DNA from: Trichinella spiralis
Lineage: Eukaryota
Length of the DNA: 20,000 nucleotides
Assembly (NCBI RefSeq): GCF_000181795.1
Contig: NW_003526941.1
Coordinates: 3,651,292 to 3,671,291, forward strand
Reading direction: 5' to 3'
Part shown: one piece after another, positions 10,901 through 20,000 of the stretch
Layout: each line of letters starts with the position of its first letter
How positions within the stretch are numbered: position 1 is the stretch's first letter
Translations under genes and position numbers: made by a program
Notes under the pieces: generated by a model
Told to the model about the DNA's origin: nothing
The model's input: only the letters and a program-made list of their open reading frames with translations
Databases searched by the model: none

Positions 10901-12153
10901 AAAAGAACTTGCTTAGAATATGGTGTTAAGTATATTGTGCATGGATGATGTAAAAAGCTTATGCTGAGGTAGATGATCGATTAAATTTTGTTAGTTAAAG
11001 TTTTTGATAATATTGGAATTGTACCAGTTTTTACCAGTTCGCAGTGAACTGATGCAAATACTGATAAGTTTAAATTTCCGCTGCAACGGTTGATCACATT
11101 TGCATTGTGCATGGAAAATGATGTATCATTAGAAGAAAATTAACGGAATTTTCTTTCCACAGGCAATTCAGTGTGAAATGTGATCGATGTAATCAAGTGA
11201 TTCAATCTAACCACTGGGTTCGAAGAGCTCGACAGTACGTTTATCATTTAGCTTGTTTTGCTTGTGATTCGTGTCAAAGGCAGCTTTCTACTGGAGAAGA
11301 ATTTGCTCTACAGGATTCTAGAGTATTGTGCAAGCAGCATTACATGGAACTTTTGGAAGGTGATAATGGAAAAGGTGAGTAACCGTGTTTCATATTTCTT
11401 ACTACTCTATGCTTCAGGTTGTAATGCGTTTTATTTTTTAATATGTATATAGTTCACCATAAACAGAAGACGAAACGTGTGCGAACAACTTTTACTGAAG
11501 AGCAACTTCAGATTTTGCAAGCCAACTTTCAGATCGATAGTAATCCAGATGGTCAAGACCTAGAAAGAATTGCACAAGGCACTGGGCTGAGCAAAAGAGT
11601 TACTCAAGTGTGGTTTCAGGTTGATTTCTTATTTTTCATTGAAACAGAATAACGAGAAATAATGTATATAGTATATACAATTGAGGTAGCAAAAATAAAT
11701 GAATTTAAAGCTTGTGATAGAAAATACAAATGAGCATGTATGTATATATTTCTTTGCATCACCTTTACAGTATGAGTTAATTGAAAGACTTTTTCATATT
11801 TAAATGTAAATAAATGAGTAAATAAATGCGGATATTCATGTATTAATGTGTTTCAGAATTCTCGAGCACGACAGAAAAAGTGTCAAGGTGTAAAGGTGAA
11901 ATCGAACAGTTCACATCCGAACCAGTCATCGCAAGATTCTTATGATGAATCAAGTCCCTCAGGTCCAGTGAGTGAACCAGTGACTTCGCATTCGATCCGT
12001 AGCAGTCCATCTCAAGAAGATTTTTCCGACCTGCAATATATAACAGATGCAAATGAGGCGAATGTTTCAATGGAAACAGATCATATTCATATGAATGCCA
12101 TGTTCGATTCAATTGACAGTGTTTCATCGTCAGTTACGAATTCACCTTGCTGA
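7905..12153 (+). CDS. lim-4: LIM-homeodomain transcription factor, Arrowhead/LIM-4/Lhx6-8 class, ~288 aa. Exons: 7905-7913 (tentative), 7971-8152, 11163-11374, 11453-11619, 11857-12153
   Basis: LIM1: [31 protein letters not shown]...FCKMCY. LIM2: [42 protein letters not shown]...LCKQHY. Homeodomain [57 protein letters not shown] is typical of Awh/LIM-4, with the classic WFQ|N intron. The start exon (ATG ATG AAA|gtaaat) is inferred. Confidence 0.95.
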
Positions 12154-14134
12154 ATTTTTTCTGATCTGAAAATACACTTCCATCAGTGTAGTGTGTTTTG
12201 TTTTGTTTTTTTATTAATTTATCAAAATCAACGCCATCTGTGTTTGCATGATGTACAACAAATTTTGTACACAGTTTATGCACTGTGTTAGTTAGAAATT
12301 GTCGAGTTTGCTTCTTATAAGCTAACATTCAGTGCTCGAACAGTCATTTGTAATTGAACATTTTCAAAATAACCATTATGCTCAAAGTTTCCTTGTGGAA
12401 ATGACAAAAGTGTGATTGATTGTAAAAGTGTTTCATTTGATCTTGATTTTATAATTACAAAAGTTATGCTTTGAATTGTGCTTTTTCACCCGTCTGCTGT
12501 AGGTTGCTTTTCACCTGTCCAATTGATGTCCAATACATTTATGAGAATGAGTGTTAAAAAATATTAAGAATATAGAATAATTTTCCACGTCTTGTTGTTA
12601 TTTGAAACGCGACGAATGAATTACAATAGTGTAGAGTGCTTTTTTTTATAAAATAGGAAAAGAAAGTTCCTACATTTTTTGGCTTGCTTTTTACTTTAAC
12701 TTTTTGACGCTACTTTGACGTACTTTTTGTTAACGTTGTTGCAACAAAGGTAAACGTCAAACTGTTGCATTAAAATATGCATTAGCGATAACACGTTTTT
12801 AAATCTTATGAAAAAGAAAATTATTTCCCAACAGTTGCATTAAAGTGTTGAATTAAGAAAATAAATTCTTTTTTCAAATGTCTCAAATATTACAATAGAA
12901 AGATTAAGAAAGAAATCACTTGAAACATAAATTACAGTAATTCGTTTTTTCTTTCAAAAACATTTACTGTCGCAGGAACAATTTTTGGTATTACAGATAT
13001 TCGAGTTAAAAGATGTTGAAAAAAAAGTGAAATGAAAAGAAAAATATATCATGAAATTTTATAAAATTGAAAAGTTTAATTAAAAAAAAAATTAACATAA
13101 TATTGTGTCACAATTGTTTTGAAAATAAAATTTACAGTACAATAATATTATAGATTAAAAATTATTAGCAAATGTAATTCTTTTATGTTGCATTTATTTC
13201 TGTATGTTATTTATTTTGATTAAATCAATCAATCAATCAATTTTGCTTTTTTATCTCATAATGAAAAGAAAAGACACATTGCATGCATCATTCATTGTAT
13301 TGAAAAGCAATTATATTGAAGTTATTTTTTATTAGCGTTCAACTGAGCGTAGAATGCGAGCATAAAAATAAAATTAAAAAAGTATTAAGCATACTTTTGT
13401 ATATTTTGTTTGAAAATGTGCTTAATCTCAAATATGGTGTTGCAAGAAAGAAATTTGATGTTTTGTTTTTTATTGGTTCTACAATTTGGTCGTTGTATGT
13501 TTCATCATTTTACTGCTAAATGAATGAATCATTTGCTTGGATGTTTTCCTTGCTGAAAGCTTATCTGATATTTGAATTTACAACAACAACAACCACCACA
13601 ACAGTGGTGGAAGAGAAAAATGCAAAAGAAAAAGCCGGGGTCGCTTCGGTCGTTTTTCCCAACGGCCTTGCTTGCATCCGAAAGCACAACTGAATGAATA
13701 GCAGGCGTGTTCTTGGAATACCGTACCCTGTTTGGGTGTATGAACCAGTTCCAAACATGGTCAAACTAGCGAACTTGACCGATTTGGCATTGCTATGACA
13801 AAGCCGTTTGTCAAGACCAACCAGTTCGCTCATTCCGTTAAAGTTTGGCAAAGTTCAATTCCGCTGTTATTGAATGTTGAATGTGCAAATTTTTCCCTTA
13901 TTATTATTTTTTTTCTCTCTAATAATCAACACTGCAAAAATTTCAACCAACCGAATATACAGTATCTTTGATATACGTGTTGATATAAATTTTTTTACGA
14001 ATAATAATAATAATAAAGGGAAAGCATAATACTTTTTTAAATTTTTACTCGTTTTTTTAAAAAATGTTTACTAAATGGAATTTTAATTATTTAGAACTGA
14101 AAAACGGAGAAAGCGTTTGGCGCTGTCGCGCAGT

Positions 14135-17100
14135 ATGTGGTCTTATTGTTGCTTAACTTATTCCACTTATTTGATTTGGCTTTTTTGTCACTCAGTTGGC
14201 GTCACTCATGCACAGCAACAACAACAACAACAACAACAAGGTGAGCAAAATTTGTTAATTAATTTTTCAAATTTAATTTCTTCAAAATATGATAAACCAT
14301 GATTATATTATTATTATTATTTAAAATAAATAAATTATTGCTTGGATTTGTGGAAAGTTATTCAAACCAAAAAAACAAACAAACACCTTTTTCATCAATA
14401 GTTATTTTATCGACCTTGAAAATCTATAATAATTAACTGTTGAAATGGAACACGTAACACATAGAAGAGCAATTTCTTTCCGCACCTTTGCTTGCTTAGG
14501 CTTTGCTCTGCTTTGTCGTTCGAATGGGGTGATTGAAAAATTCAGCTTACTTACCCGCTAATGTTAGCCGCAAATAAAAGATAACACTGATGTTTAGTAT
14601 TCAACCAACCGACCAACTCAAGGCAAGTTCAACGCTGTTTGCTTACTGTTCACCTGAGATTAATTATTCACGTTTCTTGTAATTGCATTTGTTTGAAAAG
14701 TGTATTTTTATTTTTGCTTTAAAAATTTAATAATTATACTCTTCTGAATTGTTGTTTCAAAATATGAAACAAAAACTGACGCGCACATGTTATGCTGTTT
14801 TTGATTTTATCATCAGATTCTATTGATAAAATTTTAAACGGTGATTGTTTGAATTTCGAAAAGGTCAATCATTCATATTTTGAAATTTCACTCTAATTTT
14901 TGTTTTAAAGGTATATTTTATAAAATTATTTTTTTGAAATCACAAGTGCATTTCAAGTCACGTGAACAATAAAATTCTCACATGGTAAATACTTTGTCAC
15001 TGATAAAACTGTATCATTACAATGTTGATATGTTGATCATGATTTGATTATAAGTGAACAAACAATGCATGACAGATTGATTGTTGTTGTTGTTGTTGTT
15101 GCTCATTTGTAAAGTGTGAATTATAGATTTGAATGGGAACTTGAATTTTCTTTACTTTATAAAAGTAAATTTATCAAGCATTTTGTGTTTTAAAAAACCA
15201 AACTGTTTCATGTTGAGTGTATTGAAACATTGTATTTTTGTTGTGAAAAGTCGAGATGAGTAAAAGAAAAGCAACTTCAAAGGCAATTTTAAGATTATTT
15301 ATTTTTAAAGTCACGTTTAATTTCAATCAATTCTCACAACTTTCATTTTTTATTGTTTTTCTTTAGTTTAAATTTGGGTTGTCGTTTGGGTAAATTTTGA
15401 ATGAGCTTGATATTTATTTATCTGCAATGGGAAACGTGTATTTGAAAAAAGAACTATTCACTTCTGATTTATATTTTACTTTTTACTTATGGTTGTCATA
15501 ATTAATATTGAATGCAACAATAATTTTAATCTAACTTATCGTATTGGCATAATTATTGAAGAAGTGTAGAACAGCTGTAAATAGGTAATTATTGGAATTG
15601 TAAGAATTATAATGCTATTGGAAATAAAAGAAAATATTTATTCGAATGGTTAGTTTTACAGTAAGAGAAATTGAATGTGATTTTCATTTTATTTTTTTTT
15701 GTGAAGGCATTTATTGCATCCATTGTGCTAGTCCAAAGTTGGCAATTCGTCAGGAGAATTTGCTTCATGCAATGGAGCAGTTGATGAATTTGCGTCAGAC
15801 GTTTTATCCAGATCATGTGGAACACAAAGATTGTGCTTCGTTGAAAAATCTCTCCAGTGGAACTTTTCAGCAACAGCATTGTCATTATCCGTTCTGCTAT
15901 TCGATAACATTCAATGATCATTCAGGTGAGATGAAAATTTGCTTCACTTGACCTTTTTGCAGTCCACTGATTGCTGTGATTGTGAATTTTTCCTTTCTTG
16001 ATCAATTCAATTGGTTCAATTAGTTATACATGGAAAATGATGTGATGTGATGTGTGTAATTTATGAGCAAGAATTCAGTTCCCTTTCCGCTTCTTGATTT
16101 CCAATACCTTAACCGTTCAAACAGGTTATACCGGCAACTATTATCCCGCTGCGCGAGGATGCTTGAATATAAAAATGTTCGTTTCAAATTTTCCACCTGA
16201 AAATTGCTACTATTCCAATAGAATTTAGCCTTCAGAGCAAACTTCCAGGCTATATGAACATCGGTCAACTTTCAGAATGGATGAATACCATCGCTTCAAG
16301 CGGTGCAGCTTTACAGCACAAGTTTTCTTTTTAATCTGCTTTTTATCTATTAATTCATGCACATTAAAAATTTCGCTTAATTTTCATGTTCAAATTAGTC
16401 TTGTAAATTTTAATTTGTTTCAAAAATAATTACTGAAATATGACTTGCTCTTGAAAAAGAAATAAAATTAGTCAATTCAGCAAAGCTGTCAGTATAAAAG
16501 TATACTGTATTTTTCACATAGACTGACACATTCTAATTTAACATTTGAAATCTACCATATTACATGCATGTTTATGTTGCCAAAATTGATAAAATTTTGA
16601 ATTTTTCTTTCCACATTTTTAGTTTCATGAAACGTACCTACTTATTTGTTTTTGCCATTATTTTGAAATGCATGACTTATCGTGAAATTGACCCTAGTAT
16701 GTAAGTAATGTATTACAAAATTTCAATGCTAATAATATTATATGTGAATTCTACCAAACCTACCCACCATATGCAGGCAATTAATACTTGTTTTATTTTG
16801 CAGTGATATTTATTTCTCGTTATATTATTGATTATCAGTAACTGAACATTCTGTTCTTTTCAGCAGATATTGATGAAGTAGTCAAGTTTATTTTGTATTT
16901 AATTTGTTTTTCTATACTTCTGATCCGTTGTAAAGTGTTGAAAATTGCATGCACACTGCTAGTAAAATTCAGGTAAATCATATGACATTATTCTTTTATT
17001 TTTATTTTAGGAGGAATGCCACTGGTAATTCGGGGTTGCGCTGAAAGTTTCCTTCCACCACAACCGTTGAAAAATCACACCAAAGAGTATTGCCGTCGTA

Positions 17101-17237
17101 TTCAGGAAAATCTCGACATTGTTGAATGTGTTTGTCCAAATTCAGAGTATTGTGGAAAATCTTCGGGTATTTGCCCATGTGTTTCTCTAGTTCTTTTTTA
17201 CATTATATTATTCATTTCTTTTGCCGGATTTAATTAA
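14135..17237 (+). CDS. Ly6/uPAR three-finger (quiver/sleepless, ODR-2/HOT-like) secreted, probably GPI-anchored protein, ~183 aa. Exons: 14135-14240, 15707-15925, 17011-17237
   Basis: Two phase-1 introns give a 552-nt open frame. It has a signal peptide (MWSYCCLTYSTYLIWLFCHSVGVTHA), Q9, and a 10-Cys pattern CIHC...KDC...QHC..PFC...IRGC...EYC...ECVC...EYC. N-glycosylation sequons NLS and NHT. It ends in a hydrophobic tail (VSLVLFYIILFISFAGFN) after a small-residue GKSSG stretch. Confidence 0.8.
14213..14239 (+). repeat. CAG(CAA)8 coding microsatellite (polyQ9)
   Basis: Read directly; it ends 1 nt before the exon 1 donor. Confidence 0.95.
15081..15101 (+). repeat. (TTG)7 intronic microsatellite
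   Basis: Read directly: ttgttgttgttgttgttgttg. Confidence 0.95.
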
Positions 17238-17429
17238 GAATAGTAATAATAATAATAGTATACTGATAAAACCGATCATTGCTTGCGCATCTATAAAATA
17301 ATGTATAAAAAAGAATTTTATCTCAGTTGCTTATTGTGTTTGAACGTGATAAAAAAATTCGAGGAAAAATTCTATGAATTTTTTTGAATTTGATTTAAAT
17401 CGTTCCTATATTACTCACTAAAAATAAAG

Positions 17430-19966
17430 TTGCTTAAAGTGACATTCTATTTTTGCGAAAATGAGCTTGACCCTTTTTCACTTTGCCATCCATTTTCATG
17501 GTTATTCCGTTCATGTTATTCAATTATGTGAAGACAATCAGTGACGAAGTGCGTTCGAATCTCTTCTGCAGTATCATCTTCTGTTAAAAGGCAAGTTACT
17601 ATTATAATTGTTTTCACGTTCTTTATATGGATGACTTCAAAAGATATGCTAGTTTCAAACTAATAGTATTCAGTTTTGTTGAAAAAACTTCAAATATTAA
17701 AATATCCACATTAATACAGATTTCTAATATTAATACAAATATTCGGTAGGTAGGGACGTAGCTAAAATCTAATTTCAGAAAACTGGATTCAAATTGAAAA
17801 GAGGATTTTCTTGTACTGAAACATATGTTGAAAGCTCCTCAATTTGAATGTATGTTATTTCTACATACGTATCATTGAATAAAATGCCTTTCAAAGTTTC
17901 ATAGAAACTGTATTACATGAACAGAAATAAAGTACAATTTGCACGTCAGATGTAATTACCATGAGAGCTACTTTCCTGAAAGCATTCAAAATTTCTTTCA
18001 AAAACATCATAAAATATTTTCAGGCGAATGCTTCCAACCCTCTATATTTTGCTTCTTTTAACGCTATCGTCAATGAAAATGCATTATTAATGAATTTTTT
18101 CAGCAACATCACGACAAATCCGCTATCAGGACATAGCCAACCATGTTTGTAGTTGCTTTGTAAATTTCTCTCATGCATTAAAGTCATTTTTGGAAGAAAA
18201 CTATTTTTGGAATATTTTTGGAAATTAAAATTCTACAAATTGCATGCACTATATAGTCCCGCAGTTTCAGGAGGGTCAAAAAAACTATTCACTAATTTTT
18301 GCATTTTTCAAACGATGTCAATAATAATAAATAAATAAATATATATCAGTGGATTAGAATGTAGTGCAAAGTACCATTGAAAAGAACACAGTACATGTGG
18401 AATAAATTGTATTCAAAGTTGGCACAATGATCATCTCAATACAATCAACTTAATTTTCCGTACGTTTTGCAATAAATCGACAAATAGCGAAACATTAGAG
18501 TGTGGTGCAAAGGTTCATCAGAAATTATCAAATACTTTGCAATAAATAGCCCCTAAAATTGGCATGTGCCTATTATTATAAACAGGAAAGCAGCCAATCT
18601 GAAATCCTATTGAAACGAGACTAGCACGTTTACCTCTCAGTTAGAGAAGCATTTTTTTCGTTATATGAGCAAAACACTTGCAAAACGTTCAAAGTCTTGG
18701 GCAATATTTCGTTGCTTTGGGCAACCTGATTTGCCTTCATTTTCGTTCTATTCCGAATAAATTGAAAAAGTTCTTCCATTACGGTTTGAGATGTGAATAA
18801 AATCTTCCATTTATTAATTTTTCACTGACCTATCTCATTGAAACGACCAATGCTAAGCAATTTCTCAACCTATGGCTGTCAATATTTATTAATACCTGAG
18901 AGTCTATCGTATACCTTCGGGACTTTTGGTTTCATCAAAAAAACAATCATTTTATTGAATTGTTTGCTGTTCATCATCTTAATTACTCATTGAGCATCTC
19001 AATCATACCAAAAATGTTGTTATTTGATTCTGTTTTAGCTCAGTTCGCCATAATGAAAAGACGCTTATGCAAATGAGCTATAAATGCTGCACTTTGTCTA
19101 AAGAATTACATTTAAAGAGTGAAAAAGAAATAAATTAACAACTTATGAAAAACTAATGGGGCTATCATTATAATTTATTCCAAAATTTCGACATATTTGC
19201 ATATAAGCTAAGTAAAACAAACGGCTTGCCACTAGGGAAGTGCAATCCATTATTGAATTCTTTATTCATATATCGAAACACTATTGTACAACTATTAATG
19301 AAAAATACTCTCAATTTTACGCAATTGATTCTTTAATGAGATATTTGACAAAATTGCTTGATAGAAACTGTGTCATTTATAGAAGGAAATAATGCAATAC
19401 TACATGAAAACTGCAATTCATTTTGTTCATTTTAATTTATTTTCATATCTATATTGTCCGCAATCAATGAAATTGCGTAATTAAAAATTTTTTAATTTGT
19501 AGCTTTCTGTATTACAAAAATGAATTTCAGGCACAAATGTTATTATGATCACGAACATCGCTTGGAGGTTTTAAGTCGTAATTATTGTATAAATATTCTT
19601 TGAATTGAATTATATTTCATATTTTCAAGAGCGCGTATTTATTTTCGTATCCTCTGGCTCCTACTAAAATCACATCATCACTCAACATTTTTTCCAATAT
19701 CTCAGCAAATACGCATTTATACAACGTGCGACCAGGTTTGTAGTGATTAATTTATTTTTTTCTGATCAATTGAAATCATTTTCTCGACAACTTAAAATTT
19801 TCGACTTTTCAAAAAGCAAGGCTATAGCCTTTGCTGTTTTTGCGATTTTCGAAAGTAGGCTTTTGACACAAATTTCGCTTTTTTTGTATATATGGCTAAA
19901 TTTTGATAAATTAGAAGGTTCTGGAAAGTTTACGGCAATAAACCCGTAGTGTTGAATAAATAAGGT
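17430..19966 (-). pseudogene. Putative decayed multi-exon gene of unknown family on the minus strand; may continue past the window end
   Basis: Several exon-sized minus-strand frames, some bounded by plausible splice sites, carry isolated in-frame stops. ~18304-17960 is ~115 codons with 2 stops and ends ATG|gtaatt. ~18820-18634 is ~62 open codons ending AG|gtaaac. ~19966-19770 is ~65 open codons after cactttag. An acceptor cttttaacag lies at 17581. I recognise no domain. Confidence 0.5.
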
Positions 19967-20000
19967 CTAAAGTGCATGTGCCTATCTAATACACAGAAAG

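Noticed and set aside
12411..12416. K-box-like TGTGAT in the LIM gene 3' region
   Set aside because: It is a single hexamer that occurs many times elsewhere in the window.
13634..13870. SRP RNA, RNase P or hammerhead ribozyme resemblance (GCCGGG start, CGAAAG, CTGAATGA, CAATTC)
   Set aside because: The core motifs are not in the right order or spacing, there is no SRP helix 8 or P4 pairing, and an internal T5 run argues against a Pol III transcript.
14494..14503. GCTTAGGCTT, 10 nt of TTAGGC telomere-repeat phase (telomerase-template-like on the minus strand)
   Set aside because: It is a single short match, antisense to the host intron, with no supporting structure seen; compatible with chance.
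18700..19050. Faint piggyBac transposase-like words (MMNSKQF, YDRL) on the minus strand
   Set aside because: I found no catalytic DDD motifs, terminal inverted repeats or TTAA-bounded ends; intron-like breaks fit a host pseudogene better.
17430..19966. Stop-codon reassignment or selenocysteine read-through as the cause of the interrupted frames
   Set aside because: TAA, TAG and TGA all interrupt the frames, phase mismatches are present, and neighbouring genes use the standard code.

Overview
AT-rich eukaryotic genomic DNA with many short (about 50-80 nt) GT-AG introns. It looks like a nematode, and the style fits Trichinella or another clade I species (inference). Manual splicing reconstructs four intact plus-strand genes: (1) an ATF6-type membrane-bound bZIP ER-stress sensor (870-3683, 13 exons, ~531 aa); (2) a TBC1D13-type Rab-GAP only 286 nt downstream (3970-6223, 12 exons, ~394 aa), possibly in an operon with ATF6; (3) an Arrowhead/lim-4/Lhx6-8 LIM-homeobox gene (7905-12153, 5 exons, ~288 aa) with a 3 kb intron containing GC-raised islands; (4) a secreted, probably GPI-anchored Ly6/quiver/ODR-2-like three-finger protein with an N-terminal polyQ (14135-17237, 3 exons, ~183 aa). 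The last ~2.6 kb looks like a decayed multi-exon gene on the minus strand. I see no clearly novel system. The best leads are an atypical bZIP basic region, a stop-free in-frame intron inside the ATF6 bZIP, the candidate operon, a hairpin/pseudoknot-rich island at 13593-13830, a pre-miRNA-like hairpin at 12714-12761, and the unidentified pseudogene.
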